Shown one piece after another: positions 30,703 to 39,159 of a stretch of DNA of 39,159 nucleotides. The translations under genes were made by a program, and so were the position numbers. Location of the stretch: assembly GCA_964534375.1 (NCBI GenBank), contig CAZHPN010000037.1, positions 1 through 39,159 of the forward strand. The letters run 5' to 3'. The notes beneath the pieces were generated by a model, which was not told the origin of the DNA, made no database searches, and saw only the letters and a list, made by a program, of their open reading frames with translations. Position 1 is the first letter of the stretch. Every line of letters begins with the position of its first letter. The DNA is from an uncultured bacterium. Lineage in GTDB: Bacteria; Lernaellota; Lernaellaia; Lernaellales; Lernaellaceae.

Positions 30703-31857
30703 ATGGGCTTTTGGGGATACCGCCGGGCGAACGGGGCGTGCGGCGTGCGCAATCACGTCGCCGTGATCAGCTCCGTTGTCTGCGCGAACGGCGTGGTCGA
30801 AGCCATCGGGCGCGCCGTGCCCGGGGTCAAGACGCTGACGCACGGCGAAGGGTGCGGCCGCGGCCCGGCGGACACCATCCTGGCGGTGCGCGTGCTCGGC
30901 GCCCTGGGCCGCAATCCGAATGTGGCGGCCGTGCTGGTCGTCGGCCTCGGCTGCGAGGTGGTGAAGCCGGAGTTCATCGCCAGCGCCGTCGCGGCCACGG
31001 GCAAGCCGGTCGAGACGATTTCGATCCAACAGGCCGGCGGCTCGGTCAAGGCGACGCGGCGGGGCATTGAAATCGCGCAGCAGTTCGTCGAGCAGGCGGC
31101 GGGGCAGCGGCGCGAAATGTGCGAATGGCGCCATCTGACGCTCGGCCTGAAGTGCGGCGGCTCGGATGGGCTGTCCGGCCTCACCGCAAACCCGCTGGTC
31201 GGCCGCGCCGCCGATTGGCTGGTGGGCGAGGGCGGCACGGTCGTTCTTACGGAGACGACGGAAATTATCGGCGCCGAGAAAATTCTGGCGCGACGCGCCG
31301 CCGATCCGCGCGTCGGCCAGGCGCTCGTCGCCCTCGTGGACAAACAGCACCGGCTCGTGAAAGAGATGTTGGGTCCGCTGGCCGACCAGGTGATTTCGCC
31401 GGGCAACATGGACGGCGGCATTTCGTCGATTCAGGAAAAGGCGCTTGGCGGCATCGCGAAGAGCGGGTCGACGCCGCTGCAGCAGGTGCTCGAATTGGGC
31501 GATCCGCCGACGAAGGCGGGCCTCGTGTTCATGGACGGGCCGGGGCACGACGTCATCGCGATGACCGCGCTGGCGGCCGGCGGCGCGCAGATGTTCCTGT
31601 TCACGACGGGCCGCGGCACGCCTGCCGGTTTCCCGCTCGCGCCGGTGATCAAGATCGCCTCGAACAGCGAGTTGTTTGCGGCGATGGGCGACGATTTGGA
31701 CGTGAACGCGGGGCGGCTGCTCGAAGGGACGAGCCTCGCCGACGCGGGCCAATCGCTGGTCGAACTCGTGCAGAGCGTCGCCGACGGCGCGCCGGTCAAG
31801 GCCGAAATCAACGGCAGCGAGATGTTCGCGCTGCCGACCGTGGCGCCGCCGTTGTAG
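30703..31857 (+). CDS. UxaA family dehydratase/lyase large subunit (altronate/galactarate dehydratase or SuyB-like)
   Basis: GYRR.NG..GVRN, H.EGC, VGLGCE, LKCGGSDG.SG.TANP, NMDGGIS.I.EK.LG, FTTGRG, PVIKI.SN. Confidence 0.9.
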   Translation: MGFWGYRRANGACGVRNHVAVISSVVCANGVVEAIGRAVPGVKTLTHGEGCGRGPADTILAVRVLGALGRNPNVAAVLVVGLGCEVVKPEFIASAVAATGKPVETISIQQAGGSVKATRRGIEIAQQFVEQAAGQRREMCEWRHLTLGLKCGGSDGLSGLTANPLVGRAADWLVGEGGTVVLTETTEIIGAEKILARRAADPRVGQALVALVDKQHRLVKEMLGPLADQVISPGNMDGGISSIQEKALGGIAKSGSTPLQQVLELGDPPTKAGLVFMDGPGHDVIAMTALAAGGAQMFLFTTGRGTPAGFPLAPVIKIASNSELFAAMGDDLDVNAGRLLEGTSLADAGQSLVELVQSVADGAPVKAEINGSEMFALPTVAPPL

Positions 31858-31948
31858 ATATGATATGAACGGCGCCATAGGCCGCAGCGAAAGAAAATGA
31901 ACCGCCGCGCGCAGGCCGGAGTCGGCCGCCGCGGCCACGGAGCCAGCC

Positions 31949-32746
31949 ATGGTGCAAGTCGACGTCTTCTGGAGCTACGCGATCGGCGCGACGTTCGCCG
32001 GTGCGGCGCATCGCCAACTCGCAGACAAGGCGGCGCCGCTGACCACCGAACCGTTCGTTAAGACGCTGCTGTTTTTGTCCGCGCTGTTCGCGCCGTCCGG
32101 CATGTATTTGTTGTGGCGGTTCCCGGGGTGGGAGACGATGTTCGCCGGCGACCGGAACCTGCCGGCGTGGCTGGTCGCGTTGTTTGCGATCACCAACGTC
32201 ACGCAGGGCGTGGTCGGCTTCTACGTCGCGTACGCGCTGATTCGCCGCGGCCGGATTTATTGGGCGAATCTGCAATGGGCGCTCGGCTATTTCTGCATGT
32301 TTTTTGTGCTGGTGCACGGTTGGGACGGCACGGGCTATAAGCGCTTCCTCTACCCGGGAACGATCGAGGAATGGCGCGCCGGCGTCGCGATGCCGCCGTG
32401 GAGTTTTGCGACGTCGGCCGTGGCGGCGACGTTGTTCGTGATGGGCCTGGTGCTGCTGCCGATCATGGCCGCGATGGCGACCGGCTGGCTGCGCGACGGC
32501 TACCGCCACGACGAACGCGCACGCGAAAAGTATCCGGAGCCGACGATGCGCCGCGTCACCGCGAACGTCGGCTTTACGGTGTGCGTGCTGACCCTCGGCG
32601 CGGCGATCGCCGCCTCGGTGCTGATTCACCTGCTCGGCAAATACGTCGGCGGCGCGGTCTTCCTCGGCGCGTTCTACTATTTGGCCGTGCGGCCCGACAG
32701 CGCGTACAGCCGGCGCATGGCCGCCTTCGCGATGGACGACCGCTGA
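31949..32746 (+). CDS. Hypothetical integral membrane protein
   Basis: GGAG SD, several TM helices, conserved-looking motifs MVQVDVFWSY, FPGWETM, HGWDGTGY.RF. Confidence 0.75.
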   Translation: MVQVDVFWSYAIGATFAGAAHRQLADKAAPLTTEPFVKTLLFLSALFAPSGMYLLWRFPGWETMFAGDRNLPAWLVALFAITNVTQGVVGFYVAYALIRRGRIYWANLQWALGYFCMFFVLVHGWDGTGYKRFLYPGTIEEWRAGVAMPPWSFATSAVAATLFVMGLVLLPIMAAMATGWLRDGYRHDERAREKYPEPTMRRVTANVGFTVCVLTLGAAIAASVLIHLLGKYVGGAVFLGAFYYLAVRPDSAYSRRMAAFAMDDR

Positions 32747-32842
32747 CGACGCGGCGCTGAGCGGGCCGCAGACGTTTCGCCTTTGGCGCCCGGCGCCGCG
32801 CGATCCTTTTCTTTTGGCGGCGAATAGACTACAAGACGACGG

Positions 32843-35440
32843 ATGGATTTCCGGCCCATATACGCGATTTTCGTCTTGTCCGGATTCAGCGGGCTGCTCT
32901 ACCAGGTCATTTGGGTTCGCACGTTCGGGAACATTTTCGGCAACACGATCTACTCCTCGTCACTGGTGATCGCGGTGTTCATGGCCGGCCTCGGCGTGGG
33001 CAGCTGCGCGGCCGGCTGGTGGATCGACCGCAATTACCGGCGCTCCCCGTCGTTCGCGCTGAAGGCGTACGCGTATTCCGAACTGCTGATCGGCGGCTTG
33101 GCCGTTATCAACCTCCTGCTGCTTCCGCGCCTCGAACCGCTTTCGGCGCACATCTCGGCATACACCCAGGATGCGCGGGGTTGGTGGACGCTGACCGCCG
33201 GCTCGTACTTTTTTCGCTATGCGCTGGCCGTGTTGCTGCTGGCGCCGATCACCACGTTGATGGGCGGCACGTTGACGCTGCTCATCCGCCATCTGCTGCA
33301 CGCCGACTTGCGCGCTTCCGGCTGGCGCATCGGCATGCTCTACGGTTTCAACACCGCCGGCGCGGCGGCGGGCGCGTTTCTCAGCGATTTTGCGCTGATT
33401 CCCAACCTCGGCTTGCGCGCGACGCAGATGGTCGCGATTCTTTTCAACTTCCTGGCCGCGTTCGCCGCGTTGCGGCTCGTGCGGACGCCCGCGAAGACAC
33501 TGGCGGCGGAAGAAGTTGCGCCGCCGGCGGACGAATCCCGCGCAGCCGTCGCCAGCGGCCCGGTATTGTTCACCGGCGCGGCGATCTTCTTCTCCGGGTT
33601 TTCGGCGATGGGCGTCGAGATCCTCTGGTTTCGCCACCTCTCGATCGGCCTGGGCAGCTACCGTTCGGTTTTTTCGGTTTTGCTGACGGTCATCCTGGTC
33701 GGCATTTGGCTGGGGTCCATCGCCGGCGGCTGGCGGCAGCGCAAATGGGGGCGGCCGGACCTGCTTTATGTATTGTCCCAAACGATATTTGTCGCCGCCA
33801 CGATCTTGCTGCTGGGCGCCGTTCGCTTCGGGCAAGGCATCGACTGGGCGAACGCGCTCGTCAGTTTTCTGCCTATCGGCAAGAATCTTCTGCCGACCTG
33901 GATCTTGCTGAAGCCGATCGTGTTGCTGGTCGCGATTCCGGCGCTGTTGATGGGTTTTGCATATCCGCTCGCCAACGCCAATATTCAAAAAGCCGCCGGC
34001 TCCGTGGGGCGCCGCGCCGGCTTTTTGTACCTTGCCAACACCGTCGGCGCGGTGCTCGGCTCGCTGTGCGCGGGCTTTGTTCTGCTTCCGCAGCTCGCGT
34101 TGAAAGGCAGCATGACGGTTCTGGCCGGCGTCTCCGCGGCCAGCATGCTCTGCCTGTATTTCGCGGCGCCGCGAACGGCCGGCGAGCGCGGCCCGCGGTG
34201 GCCGCGCCGGGCGGTTTTCGCCGGCTGCCTCGCGGCGGTGGGCCTGTGCGTTCTCTGGTGGTCGCGGATGCCGCCCGCGCGTTTTCAAAACATCGGGCTG
34301 GCCGCGAATCACAAGGTGCTGGCGATCAGCGAGGGCGTTTACGAACTGATCGCGATCACCGAGTCCGGGCCGCCCGATCCGGGCCGGCGGCTGATCACCA
34401 ACGGGCACCCGATGTCGGCGACGGTCAAAATGGCGCAACGGTACATGCGCGCCTTTTCGCACATTCCGTTGATGAATCTCGAAAATCCGCGCAGCGTGCT
34501 TGTCATTTGCTTTGGCGTCGGCACGACGCTGCACGCGGCGTCGCTGCATCCTTCGGTGACGCGCCTCGACGTCGCCGACCTTTCGCGCCACGTGTTGGAG
34601 CAGGCGCCGTATTTTGCCGAGTCCAACCGCAACGTGCTGGCGGACCCGCGTGTGCACGTCTTCGTCAACGACGGCCGGCAGCACCTTTGGATGCAGCCCG
34701 AAAAGACGTACGACCTGATCACGCTGGAGCCGCCGCCGATCAAATTCGCCGGCGTGGCGTCGCTGTACTCGAAAGAGTTTTACGAACTCTGTCGCAGCCG
34801 TCTGCGCTCCGGCGGTTTTATGAGCCAATGGCTGCCCGGTTATCAGGTTCGCGACGACGTGGTCCGCTCGATGGTGCGCGCCTTTGTCGATGTGTTTCCC
34901 GGCGCCGCTTTGCTTTCCGGCGAGACCGACGAATTGATTCTGGTGGGCGTCAAAGGCGCGCCGTTTACGCTCGACATCGACCGCGTGCGCACGACGCTGG
35001 CGCGGAACGCGGCCGTGCGGGCGGATCTGGAAAAAATCGACCTGGGCACGCCGCTCGAAATCGCCGGCATGTTTCTGGCCGGCGGCACGGCGCTGCGAGC
35101 GGCCACGCGGGGCGTGCGGCCGATGTCCGACGATCTGCCGGTCATGGAGTATTCGGGAAACTCCTACCTCTGCCGGCCGAACGCCTTCCCGGAAGAATTG
35201 GTCGATCCGATCGCCATCCGCGATTGGTGCCCGGTGTGCTTCCCGAACGGCCAACCGGCGCCGGATTTGGCGTTGCTCAACGACTACATCGACATCTTCG
35301 ACGCCTATTATCACAGCGAGTCGTTTCTGCATCCGAATAGTTGCGGCCCGGACACGTCGCCGATTCATGTCCCGATCCGCAGCGGCAGCGACGTGCTGCA
35401 AAAGTCAGCTTACTTGCGGGAGATGTTTCGCCTGCGATAG
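32843..35440 (+). CDS. Fused MFS-like membrane domain / spermidine-synthase-like SAM-binding protein
   Basis: SGFSGLLYQVIWVR, MGGTL, LYGFNTAG, second repeat EILWFR...LYLANTVG, then VLVICFGVGTT, NDGR, YDLI, LYSKEFY, SQWLP. Confidence 0.88.
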   Translation: MDFRPIYAIFVLSGFSGLLYQVIWVRTFGNIFGNTIYSSSLVIAVFMAGLGVGSCAAGWWIDRNYRRSPSFALKAYAYSELLIGGLAVINLLLLPRLEPLSAHISAYTQDARGWWTLTAGSYFFRYALAVLLLAPITTLMGGTLTLLIRHLLHADLRASGWRIGMLYGFNTAGAAAGAFLSDFALIPNLGLRATQMVAILFNFLAAFAALRLVRTPAKTLAAEEVAPPADESRAAVASGPVLFTGAAIFFSGFSAMGVEILWFRHLSIGLGSYRSVFSVLLTVILVGIWLGSIAGGWRQRKWGRPDLLYVLSQTIFVAATILLLGAVRFGQGIDWANALVSFLPIGKNLLPTWILLKPIVLLVAIPALLMGFAYPLANANIQKAAGSVGRRAGFLYLANTVGAVLGSLCAGFVLLPQLALKGSMTVLAGVSAASMLCLYFAAPRTAGERGPRWPRRAVFAGCLAAVGLCVLWWSRMPPARFQNIGLAANHKVLAISEGVYELIAITESGPPDPGRRLITNGHPMSATVKMAQRYMRAFSHIPLMNLENPRSVLVICFGVGTTLHAASLHPSVTRLDVADLSRHVLEQAPYFAESNRNVLADPRVHVFVNDGRQHLWMQPEKTYDLITLEPPPIKFAGVASLYSKEFYELCRSRLRSGGFMSQWLPGYQVRDDVVRSMVRAFVDVFPGAALLSGETDELILVGVKGAPFTLDIDRVRTTLARNAAVRADLEKIDLGTPLEIAGMFLAGGTALRAATRGVRPMSDDLPVMEYSGNSYLCRPNAFPEELVDPIAIRDWCPVCFPNGQPAPDLALLNDYIDIFDAYYHSESFLHPNSCGPDTSPIHVPIRSGSDVLQKSAYLREMFRLR

Positions 35441-35485
35441 GGCGGCAGAAAGCCGTCAGTTCTGTCTCTTGAATCCTCACGTCGT

Positions 35486-35510
35486 TTCTGACTTCTGACT
35501 TCTGACTTCT
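35486..35510. repeat. 7-mer tandem repeat (TTCTGAC)x3.5
   Basis: Perfect copies between two convergent genes. Confidence 0.85.
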
Positions 35511-35512
35511 CG

Positions 35513-36646
35513 CTATTCGCCGCTATAATGCAAGATTGCGCCCTGGCCCCCGACTGCAAACACGTTCGTAGAGGCGCTGCCCCACAAGTTGTACAACACG
35601 TCAGTCGAGCCGCTGGCCATCTGGGCCCACGCCGAGCCGTCGTAGTGCAAGATAACCCCCATGTCTTTGTCGACGTCCCAGCCGACGGCGAATACGTCGG
35701 TCGTCGCGCTGCCCCAGACGCCGTACAGGTGCGCCGACGTCCCGGCGGTCGTCGTCGACCACGACGAGCCGTCGTAGTGCATGATCGCGTCGCCGACGGT
35801 GTTCGTGTTGAATCCCACGGCGTAAACGTCCGTGCTGGAGGTTCCCCAGACGCTATTCAACCCGGCCGTCGTGCCGGACATCGGCGACCACGACGAGCCG
35901 TCGTAGTGCAAAACCAAGCCGATGGCGGTGTTCAAGTCTTCCCCGACTGCGAACACGTCCGTCGCGCCGCTTCCCCAAATGCCCCACAGGTAGGCCAGCG
36001 TTCCCGTCGTGGTCGCCGTCGTCCACGCGGCGCCGTCGTAGTGCAGAATGAGGGCGGCGGTCGGGTTGGCCTCCGGGTCCACGGTCGTCCCCACGGCGTA
36101 CACGTCCGCCGGCGAACTTCCCCAAACGCCGTACATGTATGCCAGGGCGCTGTTCGTCATCGGCAGCCACGAACCGCCCGCGTATTGCAAGATCACGCTG
36201 GCGATCGGCTTGCCGTTGGCGTACTTCTCGCCCACCGCGAACACATTCGAAGCCGACGTTCCCCAGACGCAGCGCAACCACGTCGACGTCTCGCCGGTCG
36301 TCATCGCCGACCACGCGGAACCGTCGTAATGCAGAATCACCGGCTCCGTGGCGTAGTCGTCATAGCCCACGGCAAATACGTCGGTGGCGGAACTGCCCCA
36401 AATGCCGGGCAACGTCGCCGTCGTGCCGCTGGTCATCGGCGGCCAGTAGAAATCGTCATCGTCGTCGTCGTCGTCGTCGGTCGTCGGCGAGGAATCGTCG
36501 TCGACCGCGGAATCGTCGTCGCTCGGCGAAGTGTCGTCGTCCGCCGCCTGATTGCCGCTGCTGCTGCTCGAGTGGCCGCACGCCGCGACGACGGCGACCA
36601 GCGCCATGGTCAACAACACCAACAGGAACCAACCGCTGCATTTCAT
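35513..36646 (-). CDS. Lipoprotein with Asp-rich linker and seven-bladed beta-propeller
   Basis: GGAGG SD, lipobox VAAC, DDD spacer, seven repeats of L.gvWG.s..dV(F/Y)AVG...ILHYDG..W. Confidence 0.85.
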   Translation of the reverse strand: MKCSGWFLLVLLTMALVAVVAACGHSSSSSGNQAADDDTSPSDDDSAVDDDSSPTTDDDDDDDDDFYWPPMTSGTTATLPGIWGSSATDVFAVGYDDYATEPVILHYDGSAWSAMTTGETSTWLRCVWGTSASNVFAVGEKYANGKPIASVILQYAGGSWLPMTNSALAYMYGVWGSSPADVYAVGTTVDPEANPTAALILHYDGAAWTTATTTGTLAYLWGIWGSGATDVFAVGEDLNTAIGLVLHYDGSSWSPMSGTTAGLNSVWGTSSTDVYAVGFNTNTVGDAIMHYDGSSWSTTTAGTSAHLYGVWGSATTDVFAVGWDVDKDMGVILHYDGSAWAQMASGSTDVLYNLWGSASTNVFAVGGQGAILHYSGE

Positions 36647-36950
36647 GGCGAACCCTCCGGGCCGGAGACTTTTCCGAACTCCACAGAAAATTCCGGAAAC
36701 GAGCCAAGTTTGCTAATAGCTACACGTCCCGCGCCCCGCTGTCAAATTATTTCCCGTCGGATTGGTCGACTCCTGCTCGAGACCTTGCGCAACCTGCTGC
36801 TCACCGCCGCGAATATCGCGTCTGATTCCATCGGCGCATCGAGAGCCGCCTCGATTCATCGTAACCAACCCGCGGTTCCGGTTCGTCGCCCCCTCCAACC
36901 CGGATTCTTCGCTTGACCGTCGCCAAACAACCGTCGTAACTTGAACTCCG

Positions 36951-36979
36951 TTGAATTGCCGCCCGGGGCGATTTACTAT
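36951..36979 (+). promoter_or_regulatory. Putative promoter for the arylsulfotransferase gene
   Basis: TTGAAT-17 nt-TACTAT. Confidence 0.5.
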
Positions 36980-37056
36980 ATTTAAAGAAAAAGTTCGCCG
37001 GGCCAGTGGCGCGGCGATCGACGTTCTCGGGTTGTGCGCTCGACCTGGGGGGAGTG

Positions 37057-38892
37057 ATGAAGAACGGTTTTTTTTCGCTATGGGCTCTGGCGCTGCTGCT
37101 CGGATTGGTCGTGGGCGCCGCTGCCTCGTGCAGCAGCAGTTCCGGCAGCAGCAGCAGCATCCATCATCCGCTGGATGACGACGGTTCGCCGGACGACGAC
37201 GACGCCTCGCCGGCTGACGACGATGCGTCGCCCGACGACGACAACGACGCGTCGCCCGACGATGACGACGCCTCGCCGGGCGACGACGATACGTCGCCGG
37301 CCGACGACGACACATCCCCGGCCGACGACGATTCCAGCGGCGCGTGCTGCTTCGACGGCGGCGGCTGCCAGGATCTGAGCGTCGATTTGTGCATCGAGAA
37401 CTACGGCTCGTGGATGGGCCCGGGCACCACGTGCGCGACCAATCCGTGCGACGATGACGACGACAATGACGACAACGATGACGTCTCGCCCGTCGATGAC
37501 GACACGTTGCCGGCCGACGACGATGACCTTGTCGACGACGACAGCACGTTCTCGTGCAACGTGGACCATTCCGCTTCGACCGTAGGGCTGATCTCGTGCC
37601 AGCCCGGCGCCTCCGGCGGCTACACGCTGTACGCGCCGTTGATGACGGACACGGTGTATCTCGTCGACATGTTCGGCCACCAGATCAATTCGTGGCCGGG
37701 CCAATACTATCCGGGGTTGGTCGTCTACCTGCTCGAAAACGGCCAACTGCTGCGCACCGGCGACACGCTCAACTGGAATTTTTCGGCCGGCGGGCAGGGC
37801 GGCGTCGTCATGCTGCAAAACTGGGACGGCACGATCCCGTGGAGCTACCGGCTCTCGACGAAAACCGTCTGCGCGCATCACGATGTCCACATGCTGCCCA
37901 ACGGCAACATCCTGATGATCGTCTGGGAAATGAAAACGTTGGCCGAGGCGGTGGCGGCGGGCCGCGACCCGGACTCGATGCCGCAGGGCGAACTCTGGTC
38001 CGATTACTACCTCGAGATCACGCCGGTCGGCACGGATCAGGCCAATGTCGTCTGGGAATGGCACGCCTGGGATCACCTGATTCAAGACTTCGACGCTACG
38101 AAGGCAAACTACGGCGTCGTGGCCGATCACCCCGAATTGATCGACGTCAATTACGGCGTGCCGCAGCAAACCGACTGGATGCACACCAACGACATCGATT
38201 ATCGCGCCGATCTCGACCAGATTCTCGTCAGCGTCCGCGATTTCAGCGAAGTGTGGATGCTCGACCACAGCACGACCACCGCCCAGGCCGCGACGCACAG
38301 CGGCGGAACCTACGGGCGCGGCGGCGACCTGCTCTACCGCTGGGGCAACCCCACGGCCTATCGCCAGACCACGCCGGCGCAAGTGTTCTACAACCAGCAC
38401 AACGGCCACTGGGTCGACCCCGGTCTGCCCGGCGCGAGCCACGTGCTCGCCTTCAATAACGGGCTGGGCCGCCCCGCGGGCCAATATTCGTCGGCCGACG
38501 AGTTTGCGCCGGCTATCAACGCCGACGGCAGCTATCCGGCGCCCGATCCGACCTACGGGCCCGCCGGACTGAGTTGGACGTTCGTGGACGGGGTCCCCGC
38601 CGATATGTTCTCCGAGTACTACTCCAGCGCCCAGCGCCTGGCCAACGGCAACACGCTGATTTGCGTCGGCGACACCGGCGTGTTCCTCGAAGTGACGCCG
38701 GCCGGGTCGATCGTCTGGGAATTCATCAATCCCGTGACGCAGGCCGGCGTCATCCAGCAGGGGCAGCCCATCCCGCCGGGCTTCGGCACGCCGGGCAACG
38801 CGACTTTCCGCGCGTACCGCTATTCGGCGAATTATCCGGGCCTTGCGGGTCAGAATCTGACGCCGGGCGTTTGCCTGGCGCCGCCGTGCTAG
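37057..38892 (+). CDS. Aryl-sulfate sulfotransferase (ASST-like) lipoprotein with Asp-rich linkers and a Cys-rich GACC module
   Basis: Lipobox AASC, GYTLYAP, LLENGQLLR, HHDVHMLPNGN, VWEWHAWDHL, DWMHTN, LLYRWGNP, QHN, SSAQRLANGNTLI, FRAYRY. Confidence 0.88.
   Translation: MKNGFFSLWALALLLGLVVGAAASCSSSSGSSSSIHHPLDDDGSPDDDDASPADDDASPDDDNDASPDDDDASPGDDDTSPADDDTSPADDDSSGACCFDGGGCQDLSVDLCIENYGSWMGPGTTCATNPCDDDDDNDDNDDVSPVDDDTLPADDDDLVDDDSTFSCNVDHSASTVGLISCQPGASGGYTLYAPLMTDTVYLVDMFGHQINSWPGQYYPGLVVYLLENGQLLRTGDTLNWNFSAGGQGGVVMLQNWDGTIPWSYRLSTKTVCAHHDVHMLPNGNILMIVWEMKTLAEAVAAGRDPDSMPQGELWSDYYLEITPVGTDQANVVWEWHAWDHLIQDFDATKANYGVVADHPELIDVNYGVPQQTDWMHTNDIDYRADLDQILVSVRDFSEVWMLDHSTTTAQAATHSGGTYGRGGDLLYRWGNPTAYRQTTPAQVFYNQHNGHWVDPGLPGASHVLAFNNGLGRPAGQYSSADEFAPAINADGSYPAPDPTYGPAGLSWTFVDGVPADMFSEYYSSAQRLANGNTLICVGDTGVFLEVTPAGSIVWEFINPVTQAGVIQQGQPIPPGFGTPGNATFRAYRYSANYPGLAGQNLTPGVCLAPPC
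37174..37333 (+). repeat. Coding tandem repeat DDD(D)(A/T)SP(A/D/G)
   Basis: Seven consecutive DDD-x-SP units in the ASST N-terminal linker. Confidence 0.85.
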
Positions 38893-39000
38893 TGAAGCAA
38901 AGCCCTTGACAGCAAGAAACGAACGCGAAAGAATCGGGACCGGCAATTAAACGTCGAGCGCTGTTTGCGCGAGTGCGCCGTTTCAAGGAAGGGAGCGAAA

Positions 39001-39159
39001 ATGAAGGTTTATTGGCAGTTGTCGGGGCTTTTGTTTGCCGCGCTTTTGGGCGTGACGTGCGCGCTTTTGCTGTCGGCAGGCAGCGTGGCGGTCGCCGCGC
39101 CCGTCGACAATGCGGTGAGCGCCGACGACGATGACAACGACGATACGGCTCCGATCGAT
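39001..39159 (+). CDS. Partial secreted protein with Asp-rich N-terminal linker (3'-truncated)
   Basis: AAGGGAG SD, ATG 39001, hydrophobic signal peptide, then SADDDDNDDTAPID running to the window end. Confidence 0.7.
   Translation, partial: MKVYWQLSGLLFAALLGVTCALLLSAGSVAVAAPVDNAVSADDDDNDDTAPID

Noticed and set aside
35513..36430. Nucleotide repeats (ccgtcgtagtgca) as a DNA-level repeat array
   Set aside because: They are explained by the LHYDG motif of beta-propeller blades.
36647..37056. sRNA or small gene in the 410-nt divergent intergenic region
   Set aside because: No recognisable RNA motif, terminator or credible ORF. It is compatible with divergent promoters.

Overview
High-GC bacterial chromosomal segment, probably from an anaerobe (short ThiC, radical-SAM ThiH). 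Its Asp-rich lipoproteins resemble those of Deltaproteobacteria-like/Myxococcota-like lineages (inference). The core part has ppx, a DUF4845-like gene, guaB, guaA, dnaE, hfq and hflX on the minus strand, a TPP-riboswitch-controlled thiC-thiS-thiG-thiH operon, a DEAD-box helicase and lipid/sugar-acid enzymes. Two compact, visibly more AT-rich two-gene cassettes sit between housekeeping genes and look like uncharacterised defence or toxin-antitoxin modules: a DUF6978-like plus DUF1828-like pair between guaA and dnaE, and an ABC-type ATPase plus TOPRIM-like pair next to the thi promoter. Five secreted proteins with unrelated or unseen cargo domains share a DDD(A/T/Q)SP(A)DDD-type acidic spacer. 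Three translation-level anomalies occur: an in-frame TAG in an acyltransferase, an apparent ATC start in a DAG-kinase-family gene and an unresolved hfq/hflX junction. Several classes of intergenic palindromes and 7-mer repeats are present. No rRNA, tRNA, CRISPR array, integrase or transposase was recognised. All family assignments come from motif recognition by eye, not database searches.
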